Below, in pieces: positions 1 through 9,525 of a stretch of 64,000 bases of DNA (its first letter is position 1; every line of letters begins with the position of its first letter). This DNA comes from Thermomicrobiales bacterium. Lineage in GTDB: Bacteria; Chloroflexota; Chloroflexia; Thermomicrobiales; UBA6265. The notes below the pieces were generated by a model. That model had not been told where the DNA came from. It made no database searches and saw only the letters and a list, made by a program, of their open reading frames with translations. The translations under genes and the position numbers were made by a program. The stretch lies in the NCBI GenBank assembly GCA_039809985.1, contig JBDHWC010000002.1, positions 21,917 through 85,916 on the forward strand. Direction: 5' to 3'.

Positions 1-128
1 CTCCGCTGCTTCGCCGAGTCGGCCCGGAAGGTTCGCCGACCCGCGCGCTTCCGTCGCAGCCTGTCAGTGCGTGCTAGAGTCGCCCACCGACGGCTGACTG
101 AAGAATCGTCACTCGGTCGCGGAGGCCC

Positions 129-830
129 ATGGACGGCTCGCCCTTTCCCGAGATCGACACACGCGGCCGGCACCGGCATCCGCTGTGGGCGCCGGGCACG
201 GACCTGGCCCGTCGCTGGCTCCTCGCGGTCCTCGCCGGTGTCGCCGCGTATGCTGCGGCGAGGACGAGCACCGGCCACTCGGCCGCGCTCTTGGTCGGCT
301 GGGACGTGACCCTCGTCGTCTCCCTCGTCCTGCCGTGGAGGCGCATCCTCCGCTCGACGCCGGAGACGTCACGCCTCCACGCGGTCCGCGACGACCCGGG
401 CAGCGTCGTCTTGTTGGTGGTGTCGTTGGCGGTGAGCATCGGCGCTCTGCTCACCGCCGTGCTCATTCTGACGCGGCCGGGGAGAATGGGCACGGGAATC
501 TGGGCCGACTTGGAACCGGCGCTCGTCGGCATCAGCATCGTCGCCGGCTGGGCCGTGCTGCAGACCGGCTTCACGCTCCACTACGCCCGGTTGTACTACC
601 GGGAGGACGACACGCCCGGCGGCCTCGATTTCAAGGGCGACAACCCGCCCGACGACCTCGACTTCGCCTATTTTGGCTTCGGCGTCGGCGTCGCCTTCCA
701 AACCTCCGACGTTGACATCACCAGCCGCGACATCCGCCGCACCGTGCTGGCCCACTCGGTGATCTCGTTTTTCTACAGCGCGTCCGTGCTCGCCCTGACA
801 GTCAACATCCTGGCCGGGAAGCTCGGCTGA
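129..830 (+). CDS. DUF1345-family membrane protein
   Basis: Several hydrophobic helices; motifs LHYARLYY, DLDFAYFGFGVGVAFQTSDVDIT, RRTVLAHSVISFFY; GGAGG RBS upstream. Confidence 0.85.
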   Translation: MDGSPFPEIDTRGRHRHPLWAPGTDLARRWLLAVLAGVAAYAAARTSTGHSAALLVGWDVTLVVSLVLPWRRILRSTPETSRLHAVRDDPGSVVLLVVSLAVSIGALLTAVLILTRPGRMGTGIWADLEPALVGISIVAGWAVLQTGFTLHYARLYYREDDTPGGLDFKGDNPPDDLDFAYFGFGVGVAFQTSDVDITSRDIRRTVLAHSVISFFYSASVLALTVNILAGKLG

Positions 831-853
831 GCCCCACCCTGCTCCGCATCCGT

Positions 854-1444
854 TCACGTCAGGTTGTCGACGAAAAGGACGAAGAGCCGCCCCGGCCCTT
901 GCACCCCGACTGTCAGCACCCGCTCGATGTCTGCCGTGCGGCTTGGCCCGGTGACGAGCGTCGCCATGCCACCGGGCCGCAGCGCGGCCGCTCGCAGTGC
1001 CGCCGCGCTGTCCGCGAGGCTCGCGACCAAGTGGTCACTCGCGCAAACCACGACGTGGTTACGTGGCAGCATGCCGATCGACCGGTCCTCAAGCGTCCGC
1101 TCGACCAGCAGGAGCGACCCGGTCTCCGCGACCGCCAAGTCAGCTAGGCTGAGCCCAAGCTGCGCATCGCGGACGGTTTCCGGCGACGGGGACACATGCC
1201 ACATTGTGCCGTTCGCTGTCACACCGCGCATCAGGTCTGGCGCACGTTCCCCCAGCTCGGCCGCGACGGATCCTTCCGTCAGGCCAAGCTCGGCCACGAC
1301 ACCGGCGATCCACGCCGCGGCCGCGTCGCTGTCGGCGACGGCCCCAACCCGGACGTCGAGGTCGGCGCAGCGCTGGGTGAACTCGTCCAAGGTCGGCCCG
1401 CCGACCAGGCGGCTGTCGATCGGCGGCATCGTCGGCTCCGTCAC
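854..1444 (-). CDS. LUD-domain (LutC/YkgG-like) protein
   Basis: Motifs AVAETGSLL and TGPSRTADIERVLTVGVQGP. Confidence 0.85.
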   Translation of the reverse strand: MTEPTMPPIDSRLVGGPTLDEFTQRCADLDVRVGAVADSDAAAAWIAGVVAELGLTEGSVAAELGERAPDLMRGVTANGTMWHVSPSPETVRDAQLGLSLADLAVAETGSLLLVERTLEDRSIGMLPRNHVVVCASDHLVASLADSAAALRAAALRPGGMATLVTGPSRTADIERVLTVGVQGPGRLFVLFVDNLT

Positions 1445-1499
1445 GTGAATTCGGGCACGGGCAGGGCGTCCGGTCCCGCCGCCGCCGCAAGCGACGCGG

Positions 1500-3110
1500 C
1501 TACAGCATCGCCCCGATGATCCACGGGTTGAATTCTTCCTCGCCGACCCCCGCCGCCTCGCTCTTGCTCTGCGCGCCGGACGCCACCGCGAGGACTCGTT
1601 CGAAGATCTCCTGTCCGAGTTCCTCCAGACTGACGCCGTCGAGGACCTTTCCGGCGTTGATGTCCATGTCCGGCTCCTGGTTGGCGTACAGCGTCGAGTT
1701 GGTCGCGATCTTGATCGACGGGGCCGGCTTGAAGCCGAACGCCGAGCCCCGGCCGGTGGTGAAGACGACCACGTTGCAGCCGCCGGCGACCTGCCCGGTG
1801 ACCGAGACCGGGTCGTAGCCGGGCGAGTCCATGTGGACGAAGCCGTGCTCGGTCACGCGCTCGGCATAGCGGACCACTTGGTTGAGCGGGGTGCTCCCCG
1901 CCTTGGCGATTGCCCCCAGCGACTTCTCGTAGATCGTCGTCAGCCCGCCGAGCTTGTTGCCCGGAGCCGGGTTGTTGTCGATCGACGCCCCGAACATCGC
2001 GGTGTACTTCTCCCACCAGTGGATACAGTCGATCAGGTCCTGCGCCACCTGCTCGTTCTTCGCCCGCCGAGTCAGCAGGTGCTCACCGCCGTAGACCTCG
2101 GTCGTCTCGCCCAGCACCACGGTCCCGCCCTGCCGCACGATCTCGTCGGCCGCCTTGCCGAGACCCGGGTTCGCGGTCACGCCCGACCAGCCGTCGGAGC
2201 CGCCGCACTGGAGGGCGACGACCAGCTCGGAGGCCGGCACCTCCTCGCGCACCGCCTCGTTCGCCTTCGGCAGCAACTGCTCGATCGCCGCGATCCCGGC
2301 CTCGACCGTCTTCTGGAAACCGCCGTCCTGCTGGATCGTCAGCACCGTCGGCCGATGGCCGTGGCCGAGCCCCGTCGCCTCGATCAGGTCGTCCGGCTGG
2401 TTCACCTCGCAGCCGAGACTGAGAATCACGTAGCCGCCGATGTTCGGGTGGTCGACGATTCCGGCCATGGTCCGCTGCAGCAGCCCGAGGTCGGAGGAAC
2501 CGTAGTGCGCCCCGCAGCCCCCCTTGGTCGGGAAGCCGATCACCCCGTCGACGTTCGGGTACGCGTCGAGCACGCCCGGCTGCTTGAAGTGGTCGACGAT
2601 CCGACGGGTGGCCGACGACGAGCAGTTGACCGAGGCGAGCACCGCGACGTAGTTTCGCGTCCCCACTCGGCCGTCGCTGCGGCGGTAGCCCATGAAGGTC
2701 CGGCGATTCGCCTCCGGCACGAATTCCACCGGCCGGTACTCGCTCGAGATCGCGTAGTCGAGCTCGAGCTCATGGCCAACCGACAGATTCTGGCTGTGGA
2801 CGTGCTGGCCGGGTGCGATGTCCTGCGTGGCAAAGCCGATGATCTGCCCGTAGCGGCGGACCTCGCCCCCCTTCTCGATCGCCCGCAGCGCGACCTTGTG
2901 GCCCGGCGGAATCACCTGCACGACCTTGACCTCACCATAGGGCGTCCGCAGCACCGTGCGAGGCACCAAAGGCTGCTTCGCGATCGCCACGGCGTCGCCT
3001 TCGTGCAGGAGGACCGCGACGTCGGCGAGGTCGACCGGTTCGGTGGGCGCCTTCCCCGTCAGGTTCAGCGACTCGCCGCGATAGGACTGCGACTTCGGGG
3101 GAACCGTCAT
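1500..3110 (-). CDS. UxaA/GarD-family sugar-acid dehydratase (SAF domain + catalytic domain)
   Basis: IPPGHKVAL..RYGQIIG..HSQN SAF domain; GRVGTRNYV, LQCGGSDGWSGVTANP, GNKLGGLTTIYEKSLG, FTTGRG. Start set at the ATG after AGGAG/GGAG; the ORF extends to 3188. Confidence 0.9.
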   Translation of the reverse strand: MTVPPKSQSYRGESLNLTGKAPTEPVDLADVAVLLHEGDAVAIAKQPLVPRTVLRTPYGEVKVVQVIPPGHKVALRAIEKGGEVRRYGQIIGFATQDIAPGQHVHSQNLSVGHELELDYAISSEYRPVEFVPEANRRTFMGYRRSDGRVGTRNYVAVLASVNCSSSATRRIVDHFKQPGVLDAYPNVDGVIGFPTKGGCGAHYGSSDLGLLQRTMAGIVDHPNIGGYVILSLGCEVNQPDDLIEATGLGHGHRPTVLTIQQDGGFQKTVEAGIAAIEQLLPKANEAVREEVPASELVVALQCGGSDGWSGVTANPGLGKAADEIVRQGGTVVLGETTEVYGGEHLLTRRAKNEQVAQDLIDCIHWWEKYTAMFGASIDNNPAPGNKLGGLTTIYEKSLGAIAKAGSTPLNQVVRYAERVTEHGFVHMDSPGYDPVSVTGQVAGGCNVVVFTTGRGSAFGFKPAPSIKIATNSTLYANQEPDMDINAGKVLDGVSLEELGQEIFERVLAVASGAQSKSEAAGVGEEEFNPWIIGAML

Positions 3111-3311
3111 CTCCGTGCTCCTCATGCTTGGTCTCGGCGCGGCGGAACGCGCCGACCGATCGCCGGTGGTGCGGGCGCGGGTCGTCACGCCACAACGGGC
3201 ACGCCAGCCCGCTCGACCGGCACGCGGTCGCTTCTGCCGTCATGATATCGCCCCGCAGCGCCGGCTGACCGGCCCCTGCGACACGTGACAGGGGGTCGAC
3301 CCGCCGTCCGG

Positions 3312-3698
3312 TCAGCCCGAGACGACGATCAGATTGGCGTACGGGCAAGTGTCTCCAGTGCGGACCGTCGCCTTGCCGGACTGGGCCAGCCGCTTCAACT
3401 CAAGGTGGCTCACGTACTGCAGCGGGAGGTCGCCGAGAAGTTCCCTCAACTCGGCGATCCGATGCGGACTGACTGCCGCCATCTCGTCGGTGACCACCAC
3501 CCGATCAATCCCGTACTCAGGGACGACCGCGCGCAGGACGTCGAGCACCGTCGGCAGGTCGTCGACCAGCGCGAGGTCGATTCGCTCCGGGCCGTCCGGC
3601 ACCGGGAACCCGCGGTCGCAAACGGTGAAGTAGTCGGTGTGGCCGGTCCGCGACAGAAGCAGGTTGAGTTGCGGATGGAGGATGCCCTGCTTCTTCAC
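3312..3698 (-). CDS. rbsD: D-ribose pyranase (RbsD/FucU family)
   Basis: MKKQGILHPQL..GHTD..CDRGFPVP and RTGDTCPYANLIVVSG are RbsD hallmarks. Confidence 0.9.
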   Translation of the reverse strand: MKKQGILHPQLNLLLSRTGHTDYFTVCDRGFPVPDGPERIDLALVDDLPTVLDVLRAVVPEYGIDRVVVTDEMAAVSPHRIAELRELLGDLPLQYVSHLELKRLAQSGKATVRTGDTCPYANLIVVSG

Positions 3699-3955
3699 GG
3701 CAGCTCCTCGTCAAACGGCACTCCGCCGACTCCTTCCACACGATCTGACCGTCCTAGGTAGGCCTCGCGCTGCTCCAGCGTCACCCGCTCCCGAAACCCG
3801 GGTGCCGGCCGCTTGAGAAACGCACGCGCGGCCTCGCCCCGCGCAGTGACCGCCACCAGTTCCCAGCCCTCCGCGCCGAGCGCGTTGAGCGCCTGCTCGT
3901 CCGGGTCCGCCGCCACGGTGTACTCCCACGCGACCGGGTGCCGGTCTCCCGCCAC
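3695..3955 (-). CDS. small DUF4177-like protein
   Basis: WEY...LNALGAEGWELVAV...FLKRP motif; AAGGAG before the GTG; stop overlaps the rbsD start (GTGA). Confidence 0.7.
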   Translation of the reverse strand: MAGDRHPVAWEYTVAADPDEQALNALGAEGWELVAVTARGEAARAFLKRPAPGFRERVTLEQREAYLGRSDRVEGVGGVPFDEELP

Positions 3956-4076
3956 GGGGCATGCTCCTTCGTCAAGACCACTCAGTCGCCGCCGGGCTGG
4001 CGGCACGTCGTCCGCTATCCTACCGTGTGCGAAGCGACCGGCAGGGAGGCGGGCGGCGACGCCCGTGGAGGACGCG

Positions 4077-5252
4077 ATGAAGCTCGCCACGCGAATGGGT
4101 CGGCTGGGAACGGAGACGGCATTCGAGGTGCTGGTGCGGGCGCGAGCGCTCGAGGCGAAGGGGGTCGACGTCGTCCACCTCGAGATCGGCGAGCCCGACT
4201 TCGACACCCCCCGCAACGTCGTCGACGCCGGCTGCGACGCACTCCAGAACGGCTGGACCCACTACGGCCCGGCCGCCGGCCTGCCCGACCTCAAGCAGGC
4301 GATCGCCACCTACCTGAACGGCAGCCGCGGCACCCGTTACCGCCCCGACAACATCGTCGTCACCCCCGGCGGCAAGCCGATCATGTTCTTCGTCATCCTC
4401 GCCCTGCTCGAGCGCGGGGACGAGGCGATCTACCCCGACCCGGGCTTCCCGATCTACGGCAGCATGATCAACTTCGTCGGCGCGACCCCCGTGCCGCTGC
4501 CCATCCGCGAGGAGAACGCCTTCCGCCTCGACGTCGACGAACTGGAACGGCTGATCACCCCGCGCACCAAGCTGCTGATCATCAACAGCCCGGCCAACCC
4601 GACCGGCGGCGTGCTGGAGCGTTCCGACATCGAGCGCATCGCCCGACTCGCGGTCGAGCACGACCTGATCGTCCTCTCGGACGAGATCTACGCCGAGATC
4701 CTCTACAGCGGGGAGCACGTCTCGATCGCCACCATGCCGGGCATGGCGGAGCGCACCGTCGTCCTCGACGGCTTCTCCAAGACCTACGCCATGACCGGCT
4801 GGCGGCTCGGCTACGGCGCGATGCCGGAGGAACTGGCGGCCGTCATCGCCAAGCTGATGGTCAACAGCGTCTCGTGCACCGCCGCCGCGGTCCAGAAGGC
4901 CGGGGTCGAGGCGCTCGAAGGACCGCAGGACGACGTCCGGGCGATGGTCGAGGCCTTCCGCCGACGCCGCGACTTGATGGTCTCCGGCCTGAACGCGATC
5001 GACGGCATCTCCTGCCTGGAGCCGAAGGGCGCGTTCTACGTCTTCCCCAACATCTCCGGCACGGGGATGACCAGCCGCGCCTTCGCCGACCGCTTGCTCG
5101 ACGAGTTCGGCGTCGCCGCGCTCGCCGGCACCTCGTTCGGCGCGCAGGGCGAGGGGTACCTCCGGCTCTCCTACGCCAACTCCGAGGAGAACCTCGCCAA
5201 GGCCCTCGACCGCATCGCCGCCGCGACACGGTCGGCGATCGCGACCGTCTGA
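4077..5252 (+). CDS. class I/II PLP-dependent aminotransferase (aspartate aminotransferase-like)
   Basis: IGEPDFDTP, NSPANPTG, SDEIY, DGFSKTYAMTGWRLG, PKGAFY, LRLSYA. Confidence 0.95.
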   Translation: MKLATRMGRLGTETAFEVLVRARALEAKGVDVVHLEIGEPDFDTPRNVVDAGCDALQNGWTHYGPAAGLPDLKQAIATYLNGSRGTRYRPDNIVVTPGGKPIMFFVILALLERGDEAIYPDPGFPIYGSMINFVGATPVPLPIREENAFRLDVDELERLITPRTKLLIINSPANPTGGVLERSDIERIARLAVEHDLIVLSDEIYAEILYSGEHVSIATMPGMAERTVVLDGFSKTYAMTGWRLGYGAMPEELAAVIAKLMVNSVSCTAAAVQKAGVEALEGPQDDVRAMVEAFRRRRDLMVSGLNAIDGISCLEPKGAFYVFPNISGTGMTSRAFADRLLDEFGVAALAGTSFGAQGEGYLRLSYANSEENLAKALDRIAAATRSAIATV

Positions 5253-5266
5253 AGCGAACGCATCGT

Positions 5267-5302
5267 CCGGGGCTGGGCCTTCGCGGGAAGGCCCGGCCCC
5301 GG
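5267..5302. terminator. GC-rich stem-loop after the aminotransferase (terminator or mRNA-stability hairpin)
   Basis: CCGGGGCTGGGCCTTC-GCGG-GAAGGCCCGGCCCCGG; no U-tract. Confidence 0.45.
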
Positions 5303-5355
5303 CTGAGCCACGCCCGCCGCGTCTCGGAAGGCGGGCGCGGTGCACGGAGGCAAAC

Positions 5356-7041
5356 ATGTCAGGCCAGTCATTGATCCTGCACGGGGTCGCCCGTCTCGAC
5401 GGCGCGGACAACCATCCGCACGCCGCGCGCCGCCTGCGCGAATCGTGGCCGTCCGTTGACCTCGCTGCCGCCGGTTCTGCCTCGGAGCCTTCCCACCCGG
5501 TGGTTCGGTTGCACACCGACGAATCGTTGCCGGAGGGCGCGTTCACCCTCGAGATCGGCGCGGGCGAGCCCGGCCCGGAGATCGTGGTCCGCGGCGGCCC
5601 CTTCTCCGGCGTGATCTACGGCGCGGAGGAACTGATCCGCCGATCACGGCCCTCGGCAGATGCCGTCGAGCTGGCTGCCGGCCGGGTTGAGGCCACGCCC
5701 GGCCTCCCCTACCGCACGTTCTGGACGTGGGACCACACCACCAACTGGGACGTCGAACAGATCGGCGTGCAAGAGATCGGCGTCGTCCACCCCTACAGCA
5801 AGCCGCCGGACGGCTTCCTCGCCGACTACCAGCGGATGGTCGACTTCATGAGCCGTCACCGCATCGCGGCGGTCGTCATCTTCGGCTTCTTCCGCGACAC
5901 CCACGGCGGCGTCGAAGCCGCCCGCGAACTCTGCCGCTACGCCAACGAGCGCGGCGTGCGCATCCTCCCCGGCGTCGCCATCAACGCCTACGGCGGGGTC
6001 TACTGGGAAGGCGAGCACCCCTACAACCTCGCCACGTGGCTCCGTCGGCACCCGGACCTCGCCGCCACGCTGGAGCGTCCGGTCGGCTTCCGGCTCGACG
6101 ACCTCGACTTCCCGCTCAACTTCCCGCGCAGCGACTACACCGTCTCCGGCTGCCCGTCCCGACCGGAGAACCTCCGCTGGATGGAGGAAGGCATCGCCTG
6201 GCTGGCCGAGACCTGCGAGATCGGCGGCATCAACATCGAGAGCGGCGACTACGGCGTCTGCGGCTGCCCCACCTGCGTCGCCCGCCGCGCCGCCCGCGAG
6301 GACGCTCGCCGCCGCGACGGCTACGCCGAGTCGTGGTCGCACGCCGACATGGCCGACTTCTACCCGCGCCTCTACGCCGCGGCCAACGCCCGCCGCGACA
6401 ACCTCTGGCTCTACTCCGAGTTGCAGTGGGACAACCTGCTCGACCCGGTCTCGCACGACGCCCTGCGCGTGCTGCCGGACGCCGGCATCTACCAGCACAC
6501 GCTCAACCGCAGCTACTGGAACCGCGTCCGGGCCGAGCTGACGCCCGACTACGTTCGCGCCCTGCCGACGAAGCGCAACGTCTTCCGCGCCCAGTTCGCC
6601 TGTCAGTGGAACGGCGACCACCGCACCGAGCGCTATCGCTTCAACGGTCGCGACTTCGCCGAACTGTCGTGGAAGGCCGCCGAGACCGGCCTCCAAGGAC
6701 TGACCGTCTGGGGCGAGCCGTCGCCGTACATCCCGCCGGTCGAGCTGAGCTACCTCGCGTTCGCCCGCTTCACCTACGACCCGACGCTGACGTGGGAGGC
6801 GTTCGTGCGCGAGGAGGTCGAACCCCGGCTCGGCGGCGAGGCCGCGGCCCGTCGCTATCTCGACCTCATCGCCGAGGTCGACGCCCCCGCGAGGCTCGAC
6901 GACGCGAGGTGGCGCGAACGGAGGGACGAAGCACGCGACGCGGCCCGAGGCATGGACGACGAGGCCTCCCGCCGCTGGACGTGGCTGGCGGACCGGATCG
7001 ACCGCCTTCGCTACAACGCCGCGACGGCCGCGGCGCGCTAG
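5356..7041 (+). CDS. hypothetical protein with glycoside-hydrolase-like architecture (GH20-type N-terminal domain + barrel-like domain)
   Basis: LPEGAFTLEI..IVVRGG..GVIYGAEEL..EATPGLPYR resembles the N-terminal domain of GH20/GH67-type enzymes; CGCPTC motif; GGAGG RBS; strong GC3 bias. Confidence 0.75.
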   Translation: MSGQSLILHGVARLDGADNHPHAARRLRESWPSVDLAAAGSASEPSHPVVRLHTDESLPEGAFTLEIGAGEPGPEIVVRGGPFSGVIYGAEELIRRSRPSADAVELAAGRVEATPGLPYRTFWTWDHTTNWDVEQIGVQEIGVVHPYSKPPDGFLADYQRMVDFMSRHRIAAVVIFGFFRDTHGGVEAARELCRYANERGVRILPGVAINAYGGVYWEGEHPYNLATWLRRHPDLAATLERPVGFRLDDLDFPLNFPRSDYTVSGCPSRPENLRWMEEGIAWLAETCEIGGINIESGDYGVCGCPTCVARRAAREDARRRDGYAESWSHADMADFYPRLYAAANARRDNLWLYSELQWDNLLDPVSHDALRVLPDAGIYQHTLNRSYWNRVRAELTPDYVRALPTKRNVFRAQFACQWNGDHRTERYRFNGRDFAELSWKAAETGLQGLTVWGEPSPYIPPVELSYLAFARFTYDPTLTWEAFVREEVEPRLGGEAAARRYLDLIAEVDAPARLDDARWRERRDEARDAARGMDDEASRRWTWLADRIDRLRYNAATAAAR

Positions 7042-8030
7042 CGCGGGTTCGAGGACTGCCCGAGCGAGATCGCCTCGGCCGTTCGGTACGCCGCCGAAAC
7101 GCTGGCCCCGGTGTGGATGCGCTGGATCGTCTCCCCGAGCAGGGGCGCGACCGACAGCACCGTCAGCTTCGGGAACCGCTTCTCCGGCGGCACCGCGATG
7201 CTGTTGGTGACGACGATCTCCTGCAGCGGACTGCGCTCCAGCCGCTCGATCGCCGGCCCGGAGAGGACCGGGTGAATGGACGAGGCGTAGACGGCCTTCG
7301 CCCCGTTCCGGACGCAGACCTCGGCCGCCTGGGTGATCGAGCCGGCGGTGTCGATCTCGTCGTCGACGATCACCACCGATCGGCCCTCGACCGAGCCGAT
7401 CAGGTTCAGCACCTCGGAGCGGTCCTCGTTGCCGTGCCGCCGCTTCTCGATGATCGCCAACGGCGCGTCGATCGACTCCGCGAAGTTGCGCGCCCGCTTC
7501 GTGTTGCCGAGGTCCGGCGAGACGACCACCGGGTCCGGCAGCCGCTTGCGCGCGAAATAGCCCGAGGTGATCGACATCGCGCTCATCTCGTCGACCGGCA
7601 CGTCGAAGAAGCCTTGGATCTGGCCGGCGTGAAGGTCGAGCGTCAGCACTCGGTCCGCGCCCGAGACGCCGACCAGCTTGGCCACCAGCCGGGCCGTGAT
7701 CGGCACTCGCGGCTGATCCTTCTTGTCGGTGCGGCCGTAGCCGAAGTACGGGATCACCGCCGTCACCCGGCCTGCCGACGCCCGCTTCGCGGTGTCGGTC
7801 ATGATCAGCAACTCCATGATCGAGTCGTTGATCGGCTTGGCGAACGACTGGACGATGAAGACGTCGTTCTCCCGTACGCTCTCCAGCAGGCGGACGAACG
7901 TGTTGTCGTTCGAGAACTTGAAGACCTCGGCCCGACCGAGCGGGATGCCGATGTAGTCGCACGTCTCGCGCGCCAGCTCGGGGTTCGCGTTCCCGGTGTA
8001 GACCATCAGGTCGTGGTAGTGCCCGGCCAC
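7038..8030 (-). CDS. prs: ribose-phosphate pyrophosphokinase
   Basis: IPYFGYGRTDKK, LDLHAGQIQGFFD, VVSPDLG, IVDDEIDTAGS. Confidence 0.97.
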   Translation of the reverse strand: MAGHYHDLMVYTGNANPELARETCDYIGIPLGRAEVFKFSNDNTFVRLLESVRENDVFIVQSFAKPINDSIMELLIMTDTAKRASAGRVTAVIPYFGYGRTDKKDQPRVPITARLVAKLVGVSGADRVLTLDLHAGQIQGFFDVPVDEMSAMSITSGYFARKRLPDPVVVSPDLGNTKRARNFAESIDAPLAIIEKRRHGNEDRSEVLNLIGSVEGRSVVIVDDEIDTAGSITQAAEVCVRNGAKAVYASSIHPVLSGPAIERLERSPLQEIVVTNSIAVPPEKRFPKLTVLSVAPLLGETIQRIHTGASVSAAYRTAEAISLGQSSNPR

Positions 8031-8177
8031 CTCGCGCTCCTCTCCCCCGACGGGGTGGTTGGTTTGGGGGCGACCACCCGGGCCGCGGTCCCGATGCTCA
8101 CGTCCTGCGACGCTCGTAGTAAAGCAAACCGCCGCCGCGCCCTGCGCCGCGCCGCATGAACGATGGTCCGCGGCTCG

Positions 8178-8984
8178 TCAGTCGGCGGGCGTCTCGCCCT
8201 CCGGCGGGTCCGGCTCCAGCGCGGCGAGGGCCGCCTCGGCCGCGCGTTGCTCCGCCTCCCGTTTGCTGCCACCCGTCCCGCTGCCGAGCGTCTCGCCGCG
8301 AAAGACGACCTCGACGGTGAACACCCGCTGGTGGTCCGGCCCCGCCGTGTCGACCACCCGGTAAATGGGGGACGCCCGGTGCCGGGCCTGCAACGCCATC
8401 TGGAGATCGCCCTTCGGGTTCGCCGCGCCCTCCGGCTCGGCGTCCCCCTCGCCGACCTCCTGCTCGAGGAACCCGGTCACGAACCGTTCGGCCACCGCGT
8501 CCCCTTGGTCGAGGGCGATCGCCCCGATCAGGGCCTCGAACGCCCCGGCCAGCATGCGGTCGCGAGCGCCCTCGCCGGGCCGCTCGCCGCGGCCAACGGT
8601 CAATGCCTCGGCCAGTCCGATCTCCCGCGCCCAGCGGACGAGCGACTCGGCCCGGACCAGCCCAACCCGGCGCTGGGTCAGCACCCCTTCCGGTGCCTCA
8701 GGGTCGGTCGCGTAGAGAAACTTCGACGCTGCGAGGCCGAGCACCGCGTCGCCGAGGAACTCGAGGCGCTCGTTGGTCAAGGTCGCCTGCGGGGCGTCGT
8801 CGCTCAGGTCGTTCAGGGTTGAGCGGTGGGTGAGGGCGAGTTCGAGCAGCGCGGGGTTGCCGAACCGCAGCCCGAGCCGCTCCGCGAGCGCGGCGGCCCG
8901 CTTGCCGCGTGTGCGAATCCCCAGCGGGTTGCGCGAACGGCGCGATTTCCCGCCAACCGAACCGTGTTCCGCCGGCGCGGTCAT
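8178..8984 (-). CDS. rnc: ribonuclease III
   Basis: ALTHRS, NERLEFLGDAVL, FEALIGAI; dsRBD NPKGDLQ..GPDHQRVF..SKREAEQRAA. Confidence 0.97.
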   Translation of the reverse strand: MTAPAEHGSVGGKSRRSRNPLGIRTRGKRAAALAERLGLRFGNPALLELALTHRSTLNDLSDDAPQATLTNERLEFLGDAVLGLAASKFLYATDPEAPEGVLTQRRVGLVRAESLVRWAREIGLAEALTVGRGERPGEGARDRMLAGAFEALIGAIALDQGDAVAERFVTGFLEQEVGEGDAEPEGAANPKGDLQMALQARHRASPIYRVVDTAGPDHQRVFTVEVVFRGETLGSGTGGSKREAEQRAAEAALAALEPDPPEGETPAD

Positions 8985-9032
8985 TCCTGCAAGCCCCCGG
9001 GCGCTGACGGGAGCACACGCGACTCCACCCGG

Positions 9033-9476
9033 CTAGCGGGCGGCATCGGCGACGGCCCGGTTGAGGTCCACGCCCGCGTTGGTGGCGACGGCACCGAGCG
9101 CGTCCCAGTTGACCGACACGGAGTAGACGTAGTGCATCGGCTCGGTCTCGCGCGAGCGGGACTCCGCGAGATCGTACGGCACGAGCAACTGGGTCAGCGC
9201 GTCGGCGACGGCATTCTGGTCCGGGTCGCGATCATCGAGGTCGATCGCCGGCTCGCCACGATCGCGTGCCGCGGCCGCAAGCGCCAGACCCCGGCGAAAC
9301 GGGTCGCGCAGCGCCGTTGCCCGTTCCCATTCGCGGGCTGCGACGTCGGACTTGGCGTCCATCAGGTCGTCGTCCGACGCCGAGGCATTGAGGTCGACGT
9401 CCTTCTGCCCGTCGTCGATGACGTCGTGCTCGACAATCCACGCCAGAAGCCGGTCCAGTCCGTCGCCCCGCTCCAT
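9033..9476 (-). CDS. hypothetical protein
   Basis: Acidic, globular-looking ORF with an AAGGG RBS, co-oriented between the deacetylase-like gene and rnc. Confidence 0.65.
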   Translation of the reverse strand: MERGDGLDRLLAWIVEHDVIDDGQKDVDLNASASDDDLMDAKSDVAAREWERATALRDPFRRGLALAAAARDRGEPAIDLDDRDPDQNAVADALTQLLVPYDLAESRSRETEPMHYVYSVSVNWDALGAVATNAGVDLNRAVADAAR

Positions 9477-9525
9477 TCCCCTTCCCTTCGTCGCTCCGAA
9501 CTCTTGCGGTCAACGCCGTTCGCGG

